Part shown: one piece after another, positions 29,417 to 35,820 of the stretch
Layout: the number at the start of each line of letters is the position of its first letter
Numbering within the stretch: the first letter of the stretch is position 1
From: a virus
Taxonomy: Duplodnaviria > Heunggongvirae > Uroviricota > Caudoviricetes
Virus record (IMG/VR): IMGVR_UViG_3300024268_000010
Length of the DNA stretch: 64,000 nucleotides
Direction: 5' to 3' (one strand)
Translations under genes and position numbers: made by a program
Notes under the pieces: model-generated
What the model saw: only the letters and a program-made list of their open reading frames with translations
Databases searched by the model: none
Told to the model about the DNA's origin: nothing

Positions 29417-30124
29417 TTAATGATCCCATTCAGGGAAATATGCAGACCAAACGGGAATGCCGTCATGGTCAAGATATACCATATGCATTGCAGGTTTCCA
29501 TCCTGCATAGTTGACAATTTGCCCTTGCCAACAAATGCAGGTTACTCTTTCGTCGGTAAGGTCATCAAATGCGATTTTGCGGCTGACTTCCGTGAAGAAC
29601 TTGTCCTTGCTTGTTTGCAGATGTACGATGTGCTCTTCGCCCTCGCAGTCGGTGTAGATATAAAAGCACGGCTTGTTAATTCGAGAAGCATAGATATGAG
29701 TAATTAATCCTTCTAGACAATTCTCAATTTTTTCAAGTTTTATGGTGTTATGCAGACCAATATCTCCATCCATGATGTCGTGTGCTTTTTGGTATTCGGC
29801 AAATATTTCACTCACTTTGTCATGGATCAGTTCTTTCAAGTCAAATTCCCTTTTGGGGCAGTCTTGAAAATCCTCCCATTCAAGAACCGTATAGCCGTTT
29901 TCTTTAGCAGACTGGATATCGCCCACTCTGCCGTCATTGAAGTAGTAGACGGTTCTCTCTTTGTAATACTTACTCCAATTGTCTTTTCTGACATAGCTAT
30001 CACCACTATGCCAAATTCTGCCGTTTTCGTGAAGGAGTGCACAAAATTCTTGTGCTGCTTCTTCTGTTTTGGTATGCATAACGAACTTTCCGTTTCTGTA
30101 ATTTTCAATGTTAAATTTTTTCAT
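29417..30124 (-). CDS. Hypothetical protein
   Basis: Start after GAAAGGA. Confidence 0.7.
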   Translation of the reverse strand: MKKFNIENYRNGKFVMHTKTEEAAQEFCALLHENGRIWHSGDSYVRKDNWSKYYKERTVYYFNDGRVGDIQSAKENGYTVLEWEDFQDCPKREFDLKELIHDKVSEIFAEYQKAHDIMDGDIGLHNTIKLEKIENCLEGLITHIYASRINKPCFYIYTDCEGEEHIVHLQTSKDKFFTEVSRKIAFDDLTDERVTCICWQGQIVNYAGWKPAMHMVYLDHDGIPVWSAYFPEWDH

Positions 30125-30148
30125 TTTCTTAATTCCTTTCTTTAATGG

Positions 30149-30470
30149 TTTCCGTAACACACTTTGTTGTTCAATGTGTTACGGAAATGTTTGTTGTTGG
30201 TGTTGTGTAATTTTTGGTGTGATACTTAGAATCCGTTACGGTTGTATTTCCAACGGATATCGAGCACCTTGAACTGTGTCCAAGATTCCCATGCTTGCTT
30301 GAGTACATCTGTGCAGTTTTCAACGATATTACCCATTGTGAGTGATTTCCATCTGTAAATAATACCTTTTTGAGTGTTTTTCATTTGTAATTTCCTCCGT
30401 TTAAGTTGTTGTTAATTGTTTCCATAACCCATTATAAATCATTCTGTCGTGTAATGTGTTACGGAAATGT
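30149..30470. repeat. Two inverted-repeat sites sharing an 18-bp direct repeat, flanking a small ORF
   Basis: TTTCCGTAACACA-N13-TGTGTTACGGAAA (30149-30187); imperfect copy 30419-30467. Confidence 0.75.
30226..30384 (-). CDS. Hypothetical protein, 52 aa (not in ORF track)
   Basis: GGAGG-N8-ATG; MKNTQKGIIYRW. Confidence 0.55.
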   Translation of the reverse strand: MKNTQKGIIYRWKSLTMGNIVENCTDVLKQAWESWTQFKVLDIRWKYNRNGF

Positions 30471-30482
30471 AAATTTTGTTTG

Positions 30483-31004
30483 TTACGCTATTGCTTTACC
30501 AAGCAGATCGTATCTCTGGTCCGCAGTCAGCTTGTCGTCGTTCATGATCTCGTAGCATTTTACGAACACGATAAGATCATCAAATTCCTCACTGATATCG
30601 TTGATTAATTCTTCCTCATTGTTCACAACATCTCGATACTCATATGGATCATAATCTTCCAAAAACTCATTGATTTGCTCGGCAAGATAACGTTTGTCGT
30701 TTTCCCTGAGTTCATCCCATATGTGGCTATAAGCGCCAATTCCGTAAAGATGTTGAACACCATCAATGGTTTTTATATCTTCGCCCTTCCAAATGTATGG
30801 CTCGTCGCAGTCATCATACTGGATGACGAATGCGTCAGCGTCCTCATCATAAATCATTGGACTGTCATCGTTATGCCATTCGGACATAATTTTGAGTGCC
30901 TCATCAAATGTGAAGTACGGTGTCGCCCATCCATTCCACAAGTAGCCACTTGTGTATCCGATGTATAAATGCCCTCCATCAATGTAGAATACTGATTTTT
31001 TCAT
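30483..31004 (-). CDS. Hypothetical protein
   Basis: WNGWATPYF...LYGIGA..W; DYDPYEY. Confidence 0.7.
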   Translation of the reverse strand: MKKSVFYIDGGHLYIGYTSGYLWNGWATPYFTFDEALKIMSEWHNDDSPMIYDEDADAFVIQYDDCDEPYIWKGEDIKTIDGVQHLYGIGAYSHIWDELRENDKRYLAEQINEFLEDYDPYEYRDVVNNEEELINDISEEFDDLIVFVKCYEIMNDDKLTADQRYDLLGKAIA

Positions 31005-31015
31005 AAAATTCCTCC

Positions 31016-31138
31016 TTATGCGACATTGCGCAGATTAAAAATGAAATTCAATGCGGCTTTACAAGTATCAAACAGATATATTGTGCCGTTTACGGTTACA
31101 AGATACTTGTTATCAACTTTCTTGAATGTGATTTTCAT
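31016..31138 (-). CDS. Hypothetical protein, 40 aa (not in ORF track)
   Basis: GAAAGGA RBS; MKITFKKVDNKYLVTVNG. Confidence 0.55.
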   Translation of the reverse strand: MKITFKKVDNKYLVTVNGTIYLFDTCKAALNFIFNLRNVA

Positions 31139-31185
31139 GGGTATAATTCCTTTCTCCCCGTATTGCCGATAGGTCAGCTTGTAAA

Positions 31186-31449
31186 TTAGTCTTCGTTGTG
31201 TTCTCTTTCTTGCAGTTCGTCCAAGATGTCGAGTGCCTTGTTACGGCATTCACCTTTGCCTACCATAACAAGTTCTTTTTTTGCAGACTCATAAAAGCCT
31301 GCACGAGCAAGGTCATACCATGCATGACCCCATGTTCTGTGGGTGTTGCAAATGTCCCACAAGCAGTCCTTGAGGTGTTCTGTACCCCAATAACCACTGT
31401 CGGCCTTTCCCTTCACGTAACCTTTTACTCTTGCGGAAAGTCTTGCCAT
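31186..31449 (-). CDS. Hypothetical protein
   Basis: 87 aa; AAGGAGG. Confidence 0.65.
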   Translation of the reverse strand: MARLSARVKGYVKGKADSGYWGTEHLKDCLWDICNTHRTWGHAWYDLARAGFYESAKKELVMVGKGECRNKALDILDELQEREHNED

Positions 31450-31531
31450 ATATATACCTCCTTGCCACGACCTTAACTGCCCAATCGAGTGGGTTCAGTG
31501 GTTTATGTGGCTGTGCTTTATATGACTTGTG

Positions 31532-31600
31532 TGCTTGTTTAAGCCCACAATGAAGCCCTTGACCATTTGCACAGTCAAGAGCTCGATGTAGGTTTAAGCA
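31532..31600 (-). other. Long imperfect RNA hairpin, candidate RNase III site
   Basis: CCTACA/TGTGGG and GAGCTCTTGACTGT-GCAA-ATGGTCAAGGGCTT directly after a stop codon; no U tract. Confidence 0.55.
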
Positions 31601-31900
31601 TTACATGACGCGGCAAAGTGCATTGACACCGTTGTAAATCAAGCCGTCAATGCCGAGAAAATACTGTGTACCGTTCTTGTAGATGATGAACTTGTCAGGC
31701 TGACAAACAGAACCAAAGCCACACCATTCAATGCGACAATGTCTGCTTTTTGCAAGCTTGCACACTTTTGCGAACAATTCGTTGCATACAGCTTCTTGGG
31801 TACGCCAATTGCCATACATACGAACTTCATACAGTTCCTTGCAAAGTTCAATCATTTCGGTCGTTTTGTTGCCCATAAGAGCACGGATAGTTTTGTACAT
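31601..31900 (-). CDS. Hypothetical protein (ribozyme-array cargo)
   Basis: 99 aa; GGAGG. Confidence 0.65.
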   Translation of the reverse strand: MYKTIRALMGNKTTEMIELCKELYEVRMYGNWRTQEAVCNELFAKVCKLAKSRHCRIEWCGFGSVCQPDKFIIYKNGTQYFLGIDGLIYNGVNALCRVM

Positions 31901-31941
31901 AAGTACCTCCGACAGTAGGTTGTCAGCCGTAAATTTTCACT

Positions 31942-31991
31942 GACAGTTTCGCTCTTGCTTGTCAGCGTCGGACTTTTACCGACGGACTGTC
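31942..31991 (-). ncRNA. Type III hammerhead ribozyme, G8A core variant
   Basis: GACAG-UC / CGUCGG-UAAAAGU-CCGACG / CUGACAA / GC-AAGA-GC / GAAA-CUGUC. Confidence 0.8.
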
Positions 31992-31996
31992 GTCAT

Positions 31997-32022
31997 AAAA
32001 CGGCTACACAATTGTAGCCGTT
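31997..32022 (-). terminator. Stable hairpin upstream of hammerhead (weak terminator or 3' protector)
   Basis: AACGGCTACA-ATTG-TGTAGCCGTT-TT. Confidence 0.5.
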
Positions 32023-32033
32023 GTAAGTTATGC

Positions 32034-32258
32034 TCAATTGATGACTTCGACCTTTTTGACGATTGTGTAAAAGCTTTCGTCATAATCAGCCGAACTAACA
32101 TTACGGACAGTTCCGTAAGGGGTTGTAAATCTAAACCCTGTTGTGGTCAATTCAAACAGCCCCGTAACTCCGTGCTCATTGTTGGGTTTTGTGTTACCAT
32201 ACATGACAAACATTTTGCCATCGTAATTTTTGCGAACCAAATACCAATAAAGTTTCAT
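32034..32258 (-). CDS. Hypothetical protein (ribozyme-array cargo)
   Basis: Start moved to MKLYW after GAAAGG. Confidence 0.6.
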   Translation of the reverse strand: MKLYWYLVRKNYDGKMFVMYGNTKPNNEHGVTGLFELTTTGFRFTTPYGTVRNVSSADYDESFYTIVKKVEVIN

Positions 32259-32390
32259 AAATGACCTTTCTGCCCAAATGGACAATGCTCAATTTTTCTG
32301 CACGAGAGCTGGTGCAAATATTTAATGCCGTATGAGGGCTGGGATAGGGTTTGATTAACGGCTCAAACCCTTCAGAAAGCCGGTTACACA

Positions 32391-32558
32391 TTACACTTCC
32401 GTAACTTCAAAATCCATCGGCTCATCCACAATGCTTTGATGCGCCAACGCCCATGCAATCAGTTTTTCGACTGCCTCGTCTTCGTCATGTGCCTCAACTA
32501 CATGTGTGGTGCATTCGGGCATAGGTGCAAAACTCCAATAACCTCTAAATCTTTTCAT
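32391..32558 (-). CDS. Hypothetical protein
   Basis: VEAHDEDEAVEK; ATGA overlap. Confidence 0.6.
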   Translation of the reverse strand: MKRFRGYWSFAPMPECTTHVVEAHDEDEAVEKLIAWALAHQSIVDEPMDFEVTEV

Positions 32559-32923
32559 GCTTGTACCTCCTTCAATTCCTTCTTTGCTTGTGCATATCTT
32601 GCTTCCCACTCTTTGCAGTAAGCAATTGTGTCTCGCAAATCTTGTGCCAATTCTGCGAGTTCGTCCGTGAAGTTTTCAGGTTCCCAGATTTCGGTGTCGA
32701 GCAATTTGCTCAGATCCCTATGTATACGAACACGAGTATCACGAGAATTCATGATTGCCACGGTGTAGGCACACTTGAGGTGCATGAGTTCCTTTTCACG
32801 GCGGAGTTTGCCGTTGGGTGTGTCTTCAAGCACGAGTGCTTTGATGGCTTCACTTGCATAGAAGTAACATGTCGAAACTTCCAATTCCTCTGCCTTGCGA
32901 ATTGCGTTCATAAATCTTTCCAT
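32555..32923 (-). CDS. Hypothetical helical protein
   Basis: 122 aa; AAGGAGG. Confidence 0.7.
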   Translation of the reverse strand: MERFMNAIRKAEELEVSTCYFYASEAIKALVLEDTPNGKLRREKELMHLKCAYTVAIMNSRDTRVRIHRDLSKLLDTEIWEPENFTDELAELAQDLRDTIAYCKEWEARYAQAKKELKEVQA

Positions 32924-32984
32924 AACTTCCTCCTTCTGCCCGGCTCTTTCGAGCGTATGGAATTGGGCTGTAAAATTTTAATTG

Positions 32985-33065
32985 CCTTGCGGCTGGTAGA
33001 GCCTCGTTTTCGGTCGTAGGCTCTTAGTACCGAGTGTTTTACGTGTTATCGCCTCACTGCCAAGG
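32985..33065 (-). ncRNA. Unassigned multi-stem RNA in a ribozyme slot
   Basis: CCUUG/CAAGG, GGC/GCC, AGUG/CACU, AGAGCCU/AGGCUCU. Confidence 0.55.
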
Positions 33066-33069
33066 GTTA

Positions 33070-33717
33070 TTAGCCGAGCATATCCTCGGTCAAGCCATAG
33101 GTTTCAACTGCCTTTTTCCACTTAGGGGACTTCAGCAGACCCTCTTTTGCCTTGGGCATGAAGTCTTTGAGTTCCTCAGCAGACTTGCCCAGAACAGTGA
33201 ATGTGGTTGCCGCTCCTCCGTTAGCAATGCTGTATGCACTTGCTGCACGGTTCAGCACGGACATTTTCATTTTGTCGAGTGCCTTCTGGGCGGAGGGAGT
33301 GAGTTCCACCTTGGTTGCTTTCACTTCCTTGACCTCGGTTGCCGCCTTTGTGGGTGCGTCATTTCCTTTGCCCTTACGAGCATTGGACTTCTTGCTTCCC
33401 TTTTCGGACTTGCCATTTCCCTTGCTGTCGGTCTTAGGCTTGCTTTCCTTCGCCTGCTTGCTTGCTTCCTCAGGCTTGGGCTTACGGTTTGCCTTGTACT
33501 CATCTTCGCTCACGGAAGTAATTGCCTGAGCAACGAACTTCTTGGCAAGAGCAACCTTAGGGAACTCGGCCTTGAATCCGCCTACACCCTTGAGCACTGT
33601 GCCACCAAGGCTTTCAACGATGGCTTTGTTGCGTACATACAGGTCATGTGCCACATAACGATCTGCGGTTACGATGGTCTTGTTCTGTGTGAAGTTGATA
33701 GGTGTAAAGTTTGTCAT
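33070..33717 (-). CDS. Lys/Ala-rich basic protein
   Basis: Low-complexity basic linker; N-terminal domain resembles that of 35821-36333. Confidence 0.75.
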   Translation of the reverse strand: MTNFTPINFTQNKTIVTADRYVAHDLYVRNKAIVESLGGTVLKGVGGFKAEFPKVALAKKFVAQAITSVSEDEYKANRKPKPEEASKQAKESKPKTDSKGNGKSEKGSKKSNARKGKGNDAPTKAATEVKEVKATKVELTPSAQKALDKMKMSVLNRAASAYSIANGGAATTFTVLGKSAEELKDFMPKAKEGLLKSPKWKKAVETYGLTEDMLG

Positions 33718-33793
33718 AATTAAACCTCCTTTGTGCCTTGTGCGCATAGGCTATGACATTGCGTGTACCTATGCAAGGCTATAATATTTTATT

Positions 33794-33860
33794 AGCCGTT
33801 AGCCGTGCTTATGCACGTTGCCCACCCTACACTATCGTGGAAGTCGGCTTGTTGTAGGGT
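33794..33860 (-). ncRNA. HDV-like self-cleaving ribozyme
   Basis: P1 ACCCUAC/GUAGGGU, P2 AGCCG/CGGCU, P3 ACU/AGU, L3 UCCACGAU, P1.1 CC/GG, P4 CGUGC-AUAA-GCACG, J4/2 GCUAA. Confidence 0.92.
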
Positions 33861-33861
33861 T

Positions 33862-33890
33862 AGGCAGTTTATACTCATACCCAGGAGTGT
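33862..33890 (-). repeat. 29-nt pseudoknot repeat, copy 4
   Basis: ACACUC-CUGGGUAU-GAGUAU-AAAC-UGCCU. Confidence 0.8.
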
Positions 33891-33893
33891 GTG

Positions 33894-34181
33894 TTAACCA
33901 AGACAACGAACCATGCGTTTGAAGATGTCAATGTCCTTGAAGGACTTGATGTAGCCACTATGGATGTAAGTATCGTTATCACGAATGGATACCCATAACA
34001 CACCGTTTTTCATTCTGTCTACTACCACGATGATCTTGCGCTCGTCATCTTGGCGCACACCAAAGAAGTCGAACCATAGACACTCTCCTTCACGCTTGAG
34101 TGTGCGTCTATCGTATGTGAAGTACCTATCCACATAAGATACGAGTTTATTGGTGTTTGTTCTGGAAACTTTGAAAAACAT
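33894..34181 (-). CDS. Hypothetical protein (ribozyme-array cargo)
   Basis: Start moved to MFFKV after AAGGAG. Confidence 0.65.
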   Translation of the reverse strand: MFFKVSRTNTNKLVSYVDRYFTYDRRTLKREGECLWFDFFGVRQDDERKIIVVVDRMKNGVLWVSIRDNDTYIHSGYIKSFKDIDIFKRMVRCLG

Positions 34182-34214
34182 AATCATTCTCCTTTTGCCT
34201 ATTGGCGTTAATGT

Positions 34215-34261
34215 GGCAATTCGCATGCACCCTCGCCTCGTGAAGGCTTGCCCATGAGGGT
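34215..34261 (-). ncRNA. Minimal (P4-less) HDV-like ribozyme
   Basis: P1 ACCCUC/GAGGGU (6 bp), P2 GGCAA/UUGCC, P3 GCC/GGC, L3 UUCACGA, J4/2 GCGAA. Confidence 0.7.
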
Positions 34262-34303
34262 ATCCATTTTTACGAGTTGGAATTTCAAGCTATCTCGTGT
34301 GTG

Positions 34304-34552
34304 CTATAAGTTAGCGCATAATTGGCAAAGCAACTTGTTGACATAGCCTTGTGGGTACAAGGTTAATGTGTATTTGTCCCTACAAGCACCAATCAGTTCC
34401 TCGACATCCATGTCGTCGAATGCCCACACAATCTCGTGATTGCGTGTAATGATACCGTTAATTTCGTCGTATGCGTCTACCACATATGCGTCACCAAAGC
34501 ACCAATATCTTGTGCCCCAATTGTAGTTGACTTTTGCTATTTGCTTGTACAT
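34304..34552 (-). CDS. Hypothetical protein (ribozyme-array cargo)
   Basis: 82 aa; AAAGGAG. Confidence 0.65.
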   Translation of the reverse strand: MYKQIAKVNYNWGTRYWCFGDAYVVDAYDEINGIITRNHEIVWAFDDMDVEELIGACRDKYTLTLYPQGYVNKLLCQLCANL

Positions 34553-34572
34553 AAATCATCTCTCCTTTGCAA

Positions 34573-34625
34573 TCCGTTTCGGCTCATGCCATCATCGGCT
34601 CATGGACTTTTACCACGAGGACGGA
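34573..34625 (-). ncRNA. Type III hammerhead ribozyme, U4C core with extra U after A9
   Basis: UCCG-UC / CUCGUGG-UAAAAGU-CCAUGAG / CCGAUGA-U / GGC-AUGA-GCC / GAAA-CGGA. Confidence 0.85.
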
Positions 34626-34654
34626 AGGCAGTTTATGCTCGTGCCTGGGAGCGT
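34626..34654 (-). repeat. 29-nt pseudoknot repeat, copy 3
   Basis: ACGCUC-CCAGGCAC-GAGCAU-AAAC-UGCCU. Confidence 0.8.
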
Positions 34655-34659
34655 AGGTG

Positions 34660-34977
34660 TTAGTGTGACACATGTGTGATAGTGTCGTCGGTAACATCGA
34701 ATGTGTACTGCGTATCAAAGTACACGGTTACGAGTGTGCCGTTGTCAAGATTGGTGGTGTAGTCCCAAATGTGTCCATCAGCAGTGATTATTGTGCCGTC
34801 TTCGTAGTATGTGCCCTCTTGAGTGCGTTCGCCCATAAGCACACACCAACAGTTCCAATCAGCATAGATGGGATTGTGGCGAGTGTTTTTGCATACCACC
34901 TCGATGGTGCTTACGAGCATCCATGCGAGGACGAGCACGAATACGAGTGTGAATGCGTTGCTGATAAATTTTTTCAT
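34660..34977 (-). CDS. Membrane-anchored small protein
   Basis: N-terminal TM helix; DGHIWDY...V.FD..T.DVTDD.I. Confidence 0.7.
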   Translation of the reverse strand: MKKFISNAFTLVFVLVLAWMLVSTIEVVCKNTRHNPIYADWNCWCVLMGERTQEGTYYEDGTIITADGHIWDYTTNLDNGTLVTVYFDTQYTFDVTDDTITHVSH

Positions 34978-35030
34978 GGTTTTTCTCCTTTGCCCACTCA
35001 CGAAATGGGACTTGTGAATTTTGTTTTAGG

Positions 35031-35098
35031 CGTGACTTCGGATGCATAAGCACCCAAACGCACTTGGCTTAACACGGTTTAGCCTCCCCAAGTGGAGG
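35031..35098 (-). ncRNA. Pistol self-cleaving ribozyme
   Basis: P1 CCUCC/GGAGG, pseudoknot ACUUGG/CCAAGU, CUAAA, P2 CGUG/CACG, UUAAG, GCG, P3 UUUGGGUGC/GCAUCCGAA, GU cleavage site. Confidence 0.93.
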
Positions 35099-35127
35099 GA
35101 GCAGTTTATGCACTTGCTCAGGTGCAT
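35099..35127 (-). repeat. 29-nt pseudoknot repeat, copy 2
   Basis: AUGCAC-CUGAGCAA-GUGCAU-AAAC-UGCUC. Confidence 0.8.
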
Positions 35128-35132
35128 GGGTG

Positions 35133-35657
35133 TTAGCGAACACTCTCCCAGTATGTCCAACCTTCAGAGCCAATCTGTGCAGACATGTTGTGCTTGCGAA
35201 GGACGGAAGCAACTGCCTTATTGGCTTCTCTGCCTTTGCCTGCATAGGTATCAATCCCAATCTGCCACTCAGCCTTGGTAGGCTTGGGATCACCCTTGCC
35301 AGCGGGTCTGCGAGCACGAAGCTTTGCCTTAGGCTTTTCTGCTTTGGGTTGTTCATCGGTTTCACTCTTGGGTGCCTCTGTGTGCATAGGGTAAAGCAAT
35401 CCATCACTGTCGAAATGCCCAATGGCAGTCCACTGGAAGGTCTTCTCCTTCGTGCATTCGAGAGCGCAAAGCGTGTTCTCGTACTTTACGAGATTCCACA
35501 AAGCAACCTTGTTGGCATCCTTGCCACCTTTGATGGTGCTTGTTATGCACACACATGTCTGGGTGTAGTATGCTTCGTTTGTGAAGCGAACTGCACCTGC
35601 TTTTTCTGCGGCTGTGTATGCGCCTGCGAGTGTCTTGTAAGTCTTGTTGGTTTTCAT
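35133..35657 (-). CDS. Basic hypothetical protein
   Basis: C-terminal AGKG..ANK..A...R...W.YW.S.R shared with 35821-36333. Confidence 0.75.
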   Translation of the reverse strand: MKTNKTYKTLAGAYTAAEKAGAVRFTNEAYYTQTCVCITSTIKGGKDANKVALWNLVKYENTLCALECTKEKTFQWTAIGHFDSDGLLYPMHTEAPKSETDEQPKAEKPKAKLRARRPAGKGDPKPTKAEWQIGIDTYAGKGREANKAVASVLRKHNMSAQIGSEGWTYWESVR

Positions 35658-35683
35658 AGTACCTCCTTTGCCCATATGGGCGT

Positions 35684-35712
35684 GCTCGGTTTATGCACAT
35701 GAACTGGTGCGT
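35684..35712 (-). repeat. 29-nt pseudoknot repeat, copy 1
   Basis: ACGCAC-CAGUUCAU-GUGCAU-AAAC-CGAGC. Confidence 0.7.
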
Positions 35713-35721
35713 GAATTTTGT

Positions 35722-35791
35722 GTCCCGCTCTGCCTTGACAAGACGAAGTCTTGCCTCACGGACTTGCGACCGTCGTTGGTGGCATTAAGAC
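35722..35791 (-). ncRNA. Twister ribozyme (type P1, with P5)
   Basis: P1 GUCU/GGAC, UAA, P2 UGCC/GGCA, P4 ACGG-UCGCAAGU-CCGU, T2 AC/GU, T1 GC with GAGCG, P5 GGCAAGA/UCUUGUC. Confidence 0.92.
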
Positions 35792-35820
35792 GCCCCCACC
35801 CGAAGGTGAGGGCATGTGTG

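Noticed and set aside
32355..32378. CUGAAGG as a third hammerhead core
   Set aside because: No GAAA after the stem and no stem III or NUH site.
33862..35712. 29-nt repeats as a CRISPR array or attC-like cassette sites
   Set aside because: Spacing is gene-sized, copies diverge in sequence while conserving RNA pairing including G-U, and there are no cas genes or attC R boxes.
33862..35712. 29-nt pseudoknots as preQ1 or SAM-II/V riboswitches
   Set aside because: H-type topology is similar, but I could not find the ligand-binding consensus nucleotides, loops vary between copies, and most copies sit just after stop codons.
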